NCBI RefSeq assembly: GCF_026210795.1
Contig: NC_089429.1
Coordinates: forward strand, 6,138,001-6,202,000
Direction: 5' to 3'
Length of the DNA stretch: 64,000 nt
DNA from: Rhizophagus irregularis
Lineage: Eukaryota
Of this stretch, positions 26,746-39,400 are shown piece by piece (positions within the stretch are counted from its first letter, which is position 1; every line of letters starts with the position of its first letter). The notes below the pieces were generated by a model, which did not search any database, had not been told where the DNA came from, and saw nothing but the letters and a program-made list of their open reading frames with translations. Made by a program: the position numbers and the translations under genes.

Positions 26746-27279
26746 GAAAGGGAAATGTTAAATAATATCTTGGAAAAAACAAGGAAAAAATAATATTAGA
26801 AGCGGTACTGATTAAACAAGAAGATAGATCCTATAAAAAATTTTTCAGAGAAATGATCATGTGTCTGAGTTTCTTTGAAATAAAAACTAGAAAAATGATT
26901 ATTTATCAGAGTTTTTTCCAGATTTTTTTTATAGGGAGAATATACATACTGCCCAGATATTGACATTAATGAAGATATATATAACCCTTTAATTAAAGAA
27001 ACTGAAATGGAAGAATTGGACGAAGCAATAACTTTAACAAATAATGGGAAAGCAGCAGGAAATAGTAAAATAACATATGAATTTGGAAAAAAAGTAAACC
27101 ATTAACAAGAATGCTACTACTAAGTTAATGAATCAATATTTGATAGAAGAAGAATCAATAGATGCCTGGAAGAAAGGTCTAACACTAATATATCCAATAT
27201 CAAAACCAACAGATTGAAATAAGGATTTAAATAACTTTACAGAAACCTTCAATTTTCATAAATATGATAAACATATAAT

Positions 27280-27665
27280 TGTTAGATAGCAGTCATATTT
27301 TCGATATATAATAAAAATATTTTAGTACATGTTATATAATTATGAGATGATCAACAGATGTATAAAACATGTTCGTAATTTCCTCGATTTACGCTATTAG
27401 ATAATAGTCATATTGTTGATATATAATAAAAATATTTTAATACGTGTTATATAATTATGAGATAATCAACAGATGTATAAAATATGTTTGTAATTAACCT
27501 GATTATGCTATTAGATAACAGTCATATTTTCAATATGTAATAAAAATATTTTAATACACGTTATATAATTATGAGATGATCAACAGATGTATAAAACATG
27601 TTCGTAATTTCCTTGATTTACGCTGTTAGATAATAGTCATATTTTTGATATATAATAAAAAAATA
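27280..27665. repeat. ~115-bp subterminal tandem repeat, ~3.3 copies
   Basis: ttagat(a)..agtcatatt...gagatgatcaacagatgtataaaa recurring at ~115-bp spacing. Confidence 0.85.
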
Positions 27666-29129
27666 TTTTAATATTCTTTGCAGAAAACTCTAGTTTTCGT
27701 AAAATATGTTAGACATAAAAAATGATGAGAATTAATGATATTGGTGAATATTTTTGTAATATGAACAAAACAATTTTACAATATTTTCAAAATATGTTAA
27801 AGATGAACTTGAACTAACAAATATTTTCGTAATATGAATACAATATTTTGAAATGCATTAAAATATGATTGATATTAGCGAAACAGTTATTACAATATTT
27901 TGAAATATATTAAATATAAAATATAAACTTAAATTAATGATATTAGTGAATTCTAAGAATGAATAAAATATAGCTACTATTTCGATTCCCTATATCAAAA
28001 TTCATAAAATCTTTGAAATATAATTAACACATGAATAAAATATAGCTACAATATCAATTACATATGGCAAAATTCATATAATCTCTGTAATATAATTTAA
28101 CATATCTTTCTCCTATTTTAACCTGATTAACCACGCACTTTAAGATGATGAATTACTTCTCCTTAATTTGGTTCATTAAGGAGGTTCCTAACATAATGTT
28201 AGTGTTTCATTCACTTATCCGCTGGTGGTCAGACTAAAATATTCCTTACTAACTTTTCATTCTTTCTTACTTTTTACACCAATAATAATATAAAAAATTT
28301 TTAATACTGAAAAAAATATCGGCAAAAGCCCTATATTTATATTAATTTAGAATCACGTGTATCATGTGATTAACCTGATTAAAGCAATACTAATAATAAA
28401 TCCGCAGTTTGGTCTTTTTTTTTTAAACTTTTTTTAACTCTTTTTTTTAACAAAGTTTATTTTATTTTATTTTATTATTTAAACTTTTAACTATTCTTTT
28501 AATTTTTTCTAACACTTTATCAATGTTATAATATATTTCAACACCATATGGTCACCACTTTGTTATTTTTTACTCTCTATTTCCTATTTTCCTTCTTTCA
28601 ATCATTCCCTCCTCTCTCTCATACATAGTTTTAAAAAAAAAGTGAAAAGTACCCACAAGAGAAAATCAAAAATTCTTTAACATTTTACATTTTGATTTTA
28701 GCTTCCATATTGAATTTCATTCATTTGAAATTCACTTTGGTACAATAAATAGTAGGAGGTTGTTTAGTATTAGGCGTAAGTATATTTTGTTGTGTAAAAA
28801 ATGATAAGGAAAAGGAGATAATAGCAGTTTCTTCACAGATTCATATTTTTCAAATCTCCAAATATATAATTAATGCAGAGTATCAACAGAAATGATTGGA
28901 AGATATTCCAATAGTAGCATAACATATTGTTAAATACCCTTCAAATGCTGAAACTGGAAGCTTTTTTTAGGTAATTCTTTCAGCTCCTCCAGTAGAATTT
29001 GTCAATTTTGTTTTCTTTAATTGTTTTGTTTTTTATCAAATAATTTTTAATGGTTGTTTTCTTAATTCTTAGATGGCTTAGTTCTACGGTATTTAGAATG
29101 TGAGTACAGTAGGAAGTTTTTTTTTAATT

Positions 29130-30020
29130 ATTTATCTTATAGCAACGAAACATTTCTTAGATAATGGGATCTTCAGATATGTTGATTTTTGGTAAGAGTA
29201 TTCGGAAGTTTTTAAAAGTTTCAAAACATTTTACTAATGTTACAATTTACTCTCTTTTTTAGCAAGTTTTTAAATCTTTGTGCGCGTTGGAATTGAGTGG
29301 GTATTTCTTTTTTTAGAATTTCTATTTTAACAAATATTTATTAATGTTTTGATTTTTTTCTTTTGTAGCTCTTATTATGGCATGTCTGGCCTCTTTGGAT
29401 GCTGTCTCTTTAGATGTGGACTTTTGGTAACTTTTTTATCTTTTTTTTTTCACTTTTGACGAAATGAAACATTTATCAACATCCTTTCATTTTTCTTTCT
29501 TTTGTAGTTGCAGATTTTTAGGGTGTGATTTTATTATTTGTTTATTTTATATTTTTTAATAAACTTTTGCTAAATGTTCATTTGTTTCTTCTTTTTAGGC
29601 AACTGAACTGGCTGAATTTCTTTGGATGTGCAGGACCTCTTTGACGAACTGTCATTTGTAACATTTTGATTTTTTCTTTTTTAGCAGCTCTTTAGTTTCT
29701 TAGCTCAGGATTTTGGTTAGTCTCAAAATTTTTTATTAAATTTTTTTTATTTTTAGCGAACTTTACTAACAGTTTATTTATTTCTTTTTTTTAAACAGTT
29801 GTGCATACACTTAATTTATTGTAAGAATCTTCAGAATTTTTTTTAAAAAATTTTCTTTATTGAGCATTTTATTAAAATTTCAATTTTATTTATTTCATTT
29901 TTAGGCAATGGAACCTTGGATTTGTAGATTTTGGTAAGTATTGGAAGTTCCTTTGGTTTTATTTCTTTAACGAATTTCTTACTAATGTTTTGACTTTACT
30001 TTTTTTTTAAATGATCAAGC
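29130..30020 (+). other. Array of short GT-AG introns and micro-exons with no ORF
   Basis: Repeated GTAAG/GTATT/GTAAC ... TACTAA(T/C) ... pyrimidine tract-TAG units, e.g. ~29192-29262, 29302-29368, 29427-29507. Confidence 0.65.
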
Positions 30021-33000
30021 ATCTTGTATTGTATAAATAGAAATAAAATTACTTATTGAAAATTTACACGTCCACAAACAAGCAAATATACTAATAAAAA
30101 TAACCTACAGTGTATTGCAAAATATCATACAAGAAATCTAGACTAATTACTACTACTATTTATTATCCTACCCACAACTTACAGTATTTAACAGTCTGAA
30201 GAAAATCGCAGAAGAATAAGTGTGACCTCCAAATGAGATGGAAAGGAAGTGACCAGGAGAGTTGCAAAAGGGAGATAAGATGTGAAAATGGCGAACATAC
30301 AAAAAAGTACAGTAATAATTTTGTTTCCTTATCATTGAGAGGGTCGTACAGAAAGGAGAATCAGAAGTCACATGATTTGACTTGGAAATTTCCTTGCAAA
30401 TAAATCACAATGATCCAAATCAAGAATGTAACAAAAATTGTGCAGTGAAGGCATTATAATAGTTTTGTTTTTATTATAATTTCAATGTAAAATGTATAAT
30501 TGTAATATTTTAGTGTATTTTTAATATATAATAAATTGTATTACTTGCAATATATTATAATGATATTTTTGATATATAATAAAAATATAAATATCACATT
30601 TTTTTCATAAATTTTGACATATTTTTGATATATAGTAAACATATTTTAAACATATTTTAATCATGTGTTTTTTAACATATGTTCAACATATTGCCGTTAT
30701 CGAGTTACAACAGAGTTAACAGAAATGTATACGCAATATGTCAATCATATTTTAAAAATATTTTTACCATATTTTCAAAATCAATAGGTTTCTGCAAAGA
30801 AAATAAAACACGTCCAATAACATTAATTGAAACAGCTTAAAATTAATGTCAAAAATATTAACAAAACAGTTGAGTAATATTATAAGTTAATTTAATGTAT
30901 TAAAAGGGAATAATTTCACAGCATTAAAAAATAATAGTACATACAAATCAATAAAACTAAGTTATACAATCATTAATTAAAGATGGAAGTAGAAAAAAAA
31001 AAGAATTATGGATTATTTTAATGGACATAAGTAAAGCTTTTGATTCAGTTAATTCAATAATGTTAGAAAAATGTCTTAAAAGAATAAAAATACCAAAAAG
31101 GTTTATAAATATAGTAATAGATGTTGCATATAATAGATCCAATTGAGTAATAGTAGGAAAAGATCCATCAGATGAATATTATGTGCAAGATGATTGACCA
31201 AGGGAAAGTGTGGTCACCGATTTTACGGAAAATTTTTATGATCTATTATTAATTTATTTAGACAAAATTAAAGAACAAGATATGAACTTGAATGTGAATG
31301 AAATACAAATATTGAAGATGTAGCAGTAAAAACACAAATTAACGTATAATTGACAGCTTATATGGACGATACTACAATAATAGGAAAAAATAAAGAAAAG
31401 GTCTTAGAAATGATTGATATTTGTCACAAGATCTTTAGCTTTGATAACGTTCATTTTAATGTCAATAAGCACGGAGTAATAAAAATAAATAGTAAAGAAA
31501 AAGAATTAATTATTAATGAAGATAAAATAAGAAAAATAAATAATAGTGAAGAAGGGAATAGTTATTTAGGTTTTTTTTTATATGGAACAATAAAAGGAAA
31601 ATATATTAAAAAAGAATTAAAGATATTATTGATAAAGCAGTCAAAAATAATCAGATGGAAAAACATAACTGAAAAACAGGTAATAGCAATTTGAAATATA
31701 GTAGTCATACTGTATTATTTTAATGAAATAGGAATGTAAACAGTTAATGATTCCAATAAATAAGTTATGTAAAAATTAAGGTAAGGTAATACCAATGAAA
31801 AAAATAACAAAACTACCAATAATAACGCGGAAGTAAACGAACAAGTTTTAAAAGCTCTAAAAATTGCGGCCGTAGCGATTAAAGACGGTATAATTAGCTA
31901 TAACTACTCCAAATTATATAATATATGATAATAATATTATAGGACTTAAAAATATATACGGTGTATAATTAGAAAATATTAGTAAAAATATTTTATATTA
32001 CATCAATGATAAAAAGAACTTGGAGAGTTATTCAAATTCCATATGAAAGAAATGCAAAATGAATTATAGACTGCTTATTGTAACAAAAATTCAATAAATA
32101 CAAATGTGACGCATTAATGTTGTTGAAAAGATCTTAAAATTTGTGATTATGAGATTATGAATCTCATACAATTAATACAATTAAAGGGGTTGCATTAAAA
32201 TAGAAGATATATTAAATGAAGAACAATATATATTGTTCTTAAATAATGTTTAGAAAATAATAATACAACATTAATGAAATGGAAGCACATATGTAAGGAA
32301 GGTAATATCATAACAATAAAAGGCAAGCTACCAAATGGTATAAAATAATTAAAGGTCTCCATTTAAATAAATATTATTTGGAAAAATTAAAATTAAATAA
32401 CAAAGAATTATTAATTAATAGAACGCATAATTATGTAGAAAATATAGGTAAATTAATAAAGAAAAATTTATTAACATGGAATGATGAAAACAAATTAGTA
32501 TTTGGAATATATAAAAAGAAATCACAAAGTAAAATCATGAATATATTGGAATGCATTTAATTCATAAAGAAGATGAAAATGATGAAGATTCACTGAATTT
32601 AATAAAATGTAAAGATTATGAAAAAAATATTAAATATAATGGATAAAATAATTACAGATGTTGAACAAGAAAATGATATATAAATAGTAAGATAGTTATA
32701 ATTAATAAATATTGCAAAATGAATAATGAAACAAACAAGCGGATAATAAGTGAAATGGAGAAATTAATTGAAATGAATGAAATGGAAATATTGAGTTTCA
32801 TCAAGAAATACCAGAAGGTCAAAATAATAATAATTTGTTGTCTTGGACAATTATATTATTAGATCAAAATAATGCTGAAAAAGTAGAGTTAATGAGTATT
32901 ATAATAATATTGATACTAGTTAAAGACCATAGTAGAATAACTTTATGATTAGATAAAAATACATAACAATATTATTAATTTTAATCTAGAAAAAAGTGAA

Positions 33001-34561
33001 TGTAAAAGGCTGAACAATATATATATAAATTATATATGAAATATAAATTTATATTTAACTGGATAAAAGAACATTCATTAATATCATTTCATAGATAAAA
33101 ATGAAAGATAAAATATTAGAAAAGATAAAAAAGATAAACAGAACCAATTGATCCTAATAAAAAAGCATCATATTATATGAAATAGAAAATCAATCTTATA
33201 CACTAAGATGGAAAAAATGTCCAATATCAGCAGGTGATTATAGAAACTGGGTGAAAATGTATAATAGGATAAAATACAAAAGTGAAATGTTAGCAAGTGA
33301 ACATTTGATAGATATATTCCAGTTAAATGTATTACAAGAATACGATTGGAACACTACCTTTAATCTCATCAAAAAAGGAATAAGCAATAATATTTGTAAC
33401 TAATGTTTTAGATAATGAATTATGAGCATATAAAATTAAGAAGAATTACCAACATATGAAATTTTATTTAAAAGAGTTAGTAGTGCAATCATAATGAAAG
33501 CATGTATCAGATGCTGTAGTAAAATTGATAATTATAACATGCCTGAAAATTTAGATCATGTATGGAAATGTACAAGGAAAGAATATACAGAAGAAAAAAT
33601 TATGTATAATACATTTACATGAAGCGCTAACTGGTATAATTATAAAGTAGATAACATTAATGAGTTCAACAAAAATATTAATATCTGAGAATACTAATAG
33701 ATATGCATTAAAATATAGAGAATTAGTAACGAGGGGATTATATGATGATCAATAAAATAGGGAAAACTAAGGATGAAAAGGCGATGGTTAAGTAGTATGA
33801 AACATGAATGTTAGGATTATTGCATGGTGCTAAGTAAATAATATATACATTTTTTGCTCAGCAAAGAAAAATACAATTTTAAGAAAAAAATACACATTAT
33901 CTGTTATATTGACAACATTAATAGCAAATATTAAATATTATTAGGGTATATTGTTGTTTAGAAAGTAAATACATAAATAAAACAAAGAAATGTAAATATG
34001 AGTGAGGGTGAAACATAAACATATATGTTAAAAATAGGTTATTTTTTTTATTTTTTTATATATCTGATATGTAATTTATTTATAAATTTCATTAAAATAA
34101 TAAAAATAAATGCGCATTATTAACAAAAAATATAATAAAGGTTTTTTTTCATAAATACTACTAAGGAACTATACAAAATTGACTATAAATCACATATTTA
34201 TTGAAAAATATTAATGAAAGTGCCAAACTTGATTCTTAATTCCACCATAGTTTAATACATGAAATTATGGATTAAGCAAATGATTGCCTCACTAATTCAT
34301 TACACATGATTAAAGTTAATCTTCAAATAGTCGACTTGCATGCACCTGCTTGTAATGTGTAATTTTGTAATCCATGCTGCTAATTAATAAAAAACTTTTT
34401 TTTTTGGTACTTGAATGAATATAACTTTTCCTAACAATATTATATACATATTCAAAATGTCTGAAATGAATGAATTGTTTAACAAGTGTATTGATAAAGT
34501 TATTGCTAAAAAGCATTAAGAATATAAAAATTCAAGAAATTAGTATCAGTGGCTTTGGAAA

Positions 34562-34841
34562 TAGGGATGGAATCGGTTAAAAACGAGTTGACTCGAGTCG
34601 ATTATGGAACTGATCTTAAATTTAAAAGATTCTGGATCTCTTGGGCTTAAACTACTACTTTTAATCATAAAAACTCTTCTGAACTTCAACCCGATTTCTC
34701 AAGAACTGACTCAAATTGAGTCATCTGACGATCACACACCAACTATCATTTGAAGGCCAATCATTTTTCTGATTAATCATCATCACATGCTCTACTTGTT
34801 GATGCACGTAGTTAGAACTGACAAACCGATTTCCATCCCTA
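34562..34841. mobile_element. hAT-like MITE, 8-bp TSD TTTGGAAA
   Basis: TIR tagggatggaatcggtt / aaccgatttccatcccta; tttggaaa at 34554-34561 and 34842-34849. Confidence 0.92.
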
Positions 34842-36786
34842 TTTGGAAAAGTTTATCGTGCAAAATGGAAAATTCGTATCAATATTTTGCATTAAAATCT
34901 CTTCTTAATCTTCAGTTGATGAAAGTACTATCAAGGTGTTCATGATGTGATTATAAAATATGTATTGGTAATTAAATAATTTAGATTCATATTTATTTTA
35001 TGTATAATTTGAATAGATTGAATTTCAACGTGAAGTTACTTTCCATAATAACTTTTATGAAGTTACTAGTTACAACTCACTATTTCAGATCAAGCATATT
35101 ATTATATTACAATCAATTTAAAGTGATAAATTTTTTATTATTTTAGAGAATCAAAATAACAGTGTTAAGAAATATCTTTTAGAGTATACTGATGGTGTTC
35201 TCTTTACAATTATTTGAAAGAAAATTTTGAGAAACTTACATGGGAAGATAAACTTAAACTTGCTTTTCAGTTTGCTGTGCTCATGCTAAGACATAATACA
35301 TTATATTTGGTACTAATTTATTCAATTTATTGTAAAATAATCATTACATCAATTATATTATTTTACCTTAACAATTTTTATTTTATTTTCTTATTATGGC
35401 ATTCTTATAATAATGTATTAGCCAAAATACTATCAAATTGGCCAGATTTTGGATTGTCAAAAAGAATTGAAGCATCAATTAAAAAGAAAAAAGATTAATT
35501 TAGTGTAGTTCCTTATATGGATCCAAAAATAGTTCAGTGATAAATCTTATTCTTTAAATAAGAAGAGTGACGTCTACAGTATAGGTGTACTTTTATGGGA
35601 AATATCAAGTAGTAAACTACCCTTTTATGTGGAAGAGTCATATGATTGTAATTTAGCCTTCCAAACTGTACAAGGTCATAGAAAAAACTGTTATTCCTGA
35701 TATACGTTAAGCTTTATACGTACTGGTGAATTTAATACTTTTTTTATTTATTTATGAAAATTGTATTATAATTGAAATTTTTATTTTCTTTAGAATGCTG
35801 CAGTGGGACAACAACCAAGAAGTTGTTAAAAGATTAAATGCAAAGATTTATCAAAAAAAAAAAAACAAAAATATTGATAAGAAACTGATCAAATAACAAA
35901 TTAATATAGTTTTAAATAGTATTGAAGATTATCACAGAGAGAATTATCTCAAATTATCCAAGAATTTGACAAAATGTATACAAAAGGAATTATGAAATTC
36001 ATGACAATCAAATTATTAGCAAAAATATTTACCAGTAAATGATCTGCCGTAAGTGTAATAGTTACATTGCAGAAATTTTTAAAATCAAAACCATATCATG
36101 ACCAAGTCGAAATTATATCATAGACCTTATAACCAAGGTTTGGTCACAATATGGTCTCACATCGTTACAATAAGTTCAAGTCAATCGTTTGTATAGAGTT
36201 GATGCATATTAAGGAGATCATCACCTGATTTAACTAGGTCGTACAAAAATAGTATCGAGATTAGTTAAATCCATATTAACGTTATATTTAATTTATATTA
36301 AAGTTATATTTAATGTATAGTAATGTTATATTTAATGTATAGTAAAGTTGCATTTAACATATGTAAAAGTTATATTTACTGTATCATAAAATTGTATTCA
36401 ATATATATTAAAGTTGCATTTTCAATGTCGCAAATAAATCGTAAAGTGTTCTATAAACTTTATTTAAGAAATATTAAAGTATTCTATTCTAAATCTAATC
36501 GTACTCAAATCTATTATTATTCTAATCTATAAATAAAATTATTCTAATATAAATTAAAGAAGGTTTGAAATTGTTCGAAACTTAGGATTCCTGTAGAAGC
36601 CGTTTCCCTACTAAATAAATAAATTAATTAAAGTTATTAAAACGATTTTTAAAAGAAAGTTTTTGAAGTTGTTTCAAAAACATACTTCCAGGCTCCAGAG
36701 TTCTGGTAATGAAGTTGGAGCTGGTGTCTACAAAATCGTTAGTTAACGTATCGTACTTAAGAATTCAAGAACAAGCCATCTGAAAC

Positions 36787-39052
36787 CTAAAGAAAGAAAA
36801 TAAATTTACGTTAGTAAAAGAAAATGAAACAAAAAAAAACAATGAAAAAAAAATTAAACACTAACCTTCATTCTGAAACCGAAATCTAAAGAGAAGACAA
36901 TTGCCGATTTCTCTACAAAAAAAAAAAAAAAGTTAAAATAATGTTTTTTTTTAAAGTTTTGAAATTTTTCTTCTCAAAACTTACCTATTGGGATTCCGGT
37001 ACCCAAATCTACCTATATTCGCCTATTGAAATCCCGCACATCCAAAGTTCCCAAAAACCAGCCATCTAAAAAAAGAAAAGAGCAAACATTAGTAACATTT
37101 CATTGAAAAAATAATGCTCGCAAAAATCCACTCACCGAAATCCATGTCCGTTCATGAAATTATTTTATTTTGCCTATTGATCCTCATTGCTAATTGTGTC
37201 TCTCAACAACTTATTCAAATGTTAATATATTAATAATATTGGAGATGAATGATCTAAATAAAAGATTTTCATCTTTTTTTCCTCGTTGAAGACCTATTTA
37301 TGATAAGATACAAGGATATTACAATTGTTATATTGCTTGTTCACTAAAAAGACGTAATAGGCGAAAAGCTGTCTAAACTACAAAATGCAAAACACGAAAT
37401 GTTAGTTAACGTTTCGTTGCACTAAAATGAAAAAATAAAACAATTTTTAAGATTATACCTTCAAAATGAGTACGGCCTTTGAAATGGACCTACAGAAAAA
37501 AAATGAAAACGTTAGCAAAACATTTCATTAAAAAAACCCCCCTGAAAGAAAAAAATTCAAAATTTTACCTTTGAAAATGGTAGTCCACTTCGAAATGAAG
37601 TGAAACGGAGTTTTAAACCTAAAAAATGAAAAACAAAAATGTTAGCAAACGTTTCGTTAAAAACCAAAAGAAAACATTCAAAGATATTATACCTTCAAAG
37701 CTGGACCTACTAAAAAAAAAAACGTTTGCAAAACATTTTGTTAAAATCCAACCCCACCGAATTCTCACGTCCAAAGAGCTGAAGAACTAACATCATCTAA
37801 GAAAAAGAAATAAAAGAGAATTTAATAGTTGTTTAAAAAAAATTAAAAAGACATTGCAAAACTCAGCAAAATACCATGTCAAAAGAGCTGAGGAGCCGCC
37901 TAAAAAAGAAAAGGAAAAGAAAGGGGGAAGTGGAGCAAAGTGGAAGACAAAAGAGAGGGAAAGGAAAGTACGAGGAGGGGAAAGGGGAGGAACGAGAAGA
38001 GAAGGGGAAAAGATGAAAAGGAGGAAAAGGAAGAATGAGAAGGGAAAGGAAAGAACAAGAAGAGGGAAAAGGGAAGAACGAGAAGGAGGGGAGAGGGAAA
38101 GGGAAGAACGAGAAGGGAAAGGAACGAGAAGGGAAAGGTAACTATTCTACGTGTCCAGACTTGTTTAAAAATAAGAAAACTAAGGCAATTTTTTACCGAG
38201 ATCCTATGTTCCAGATCCGTCTAAAAAAAAGAAAAAGTACTGTATCCAGAGAGACCCGAAAAGCCATCTATAAAATGAAAAATGAAAAATTAACAAGCAT
38301 TTCATTGAAAAAAGTAAAAAGAAAAAGAAAAAAAGCACTTACTTTAAATCTGCGTTCAAGTCGTACAAGACCTACAAAAGAAAAAAATGAAAATGTTAGT
38401 AAAATGCTTCGTTAAAAGAAATAAAAAAGTGAAATTCGAAGGTATATACCTTTAAAATAGGAGTCCAGCCTTCTAAATGGGCGTCTTGAGCCTACAAAAG
38501 AATTAAACAAAAACGTTAGTAAGACATTTCGTTAAAAATAAAAAAAAAAATTCAAAGGTGTATACAAAAGACAAAAAAACGAAACCATTAGTAAAATGTT
38601 TCGTTAAAAATAAAAAAAAAGTAAAATTTAATGGTATATTTATACCTTTAAAATAGTGTCTTGGGCCTACAAAAGAAAAAAATGAAACTGTTAGTAAAAA
38701 CATTTCGTTAAAAAAAATAAAAAATTTGTAGGTATATACCTTCAAAATATCATATAACCAAAATCTAAAAACAAAACTTACCAAGTTCCGGAGTTATAGG
38801 AAAGAAGTCGAAGTTCTACAAAAAAGATTTCTTTAGATTATTAATCTCGTATCATGTATCAGGATTGGATAGTCAAATTCTGAGGAGCCCCCTAAAAAAA
38901 ATAAAGGAAAGGAAAAAGGATGAAGGGAAAGGAAAAAGGGGAAAAGATTAAGGGAAAGTAAAGGGACGAAGGGAAGTGAAAGGGAAAAGAAGGACAAAAA
39001 AAGAAAAAAAAGTTTTAAAAAATACTAATTTATATTATAAGCTAATTATTAC
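36787..39052 (-). other. Array of about 13-15 homologous short spliceosomal introns separated by micro-exons, no ORF
   Basis: Minus-strand GT...(T)ACTAAC/GCTAAC...pyrimidine tract-TAG introns at ~36787-36865, 36913-36984, 37066-37135, 37378-37459, 37490-37568, 37619-37692, 38268-38342, 38372-38449, 38667-38739. Confidence 0.75.
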
Positions 39053-39400
39053 CATTATTCGACCAGTAGATCATTACTAATTAGGTCGAATAATTTTAAT
39101 TTTGGCTGAATATAGGCCAAATTATTATATTCATGTTTTTTTTTTATATTTTCGTTAAATTATGTAATTTTTATGTTGTGTTACTTCCTGCTTTTACATA
39201 AAATAAATAAATAAAAATAAATAATAAAAAAAACATTATTTGAAGTTAAATGAAAATATTAAAGTTTTTGTCTGGTTAAAAATTTACTTGGATTTGTGTA
39301 TATTTTATATGAACTCTAATAATTAATAACTTCACTAAATTTAAATTTAATCTGCTACGTCCGCGTGGGTTATCTTTTGGCTAGTGTAATTTATAGCATA

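Larger units (their letters stand above)
27235..30799. mobile_element. 3.6-kb non-autonomous TIR element (CTTTRCAGAAACCT) inserted in the LINE
   Basis: 14-bp TIR with one mismatch; flanks taaataa/aaaataa; removing the element and one 7-mer restores DLNKTRPI in frame; an extra TIR-like copy at 27676. Confidence 0.85.
26750..33800 (+). mobile_element. Degenerate non-LTR retrotransposon (LINE) reverse-transcriptase ORF, split by the insertion at 27235-30799
   Basis: IYPISKPTDxNKDLN|KTRPITLIETA, MDISKAFDSV (~31021), QGKVWSP, AYMDDT (~31355), C-terminal CxxC...HVWKC (~33505-33572); many stops and frameshifts. Confidence 0.9.

Noticed and set aside
37854..38784. K/R/E-rich ORFs and the 93-aa minus-strand ORF
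   Set aside because: Purine-rich low-complexity DNA and read-through of intron units
36787..38900. Repeat-spacer periodicity resembling a CRISPR array
   Set aside because: Repeats are long, diverged and carry splice signals; no cas genes; eukaryotic context
39355..39384. Possible Helitron 3' end (ccgcgtgggt...CTAG|T)
   Set aside because: Hairpin is weak, and the TIR/TSD boundaries 36065-41539 explain the insertion better
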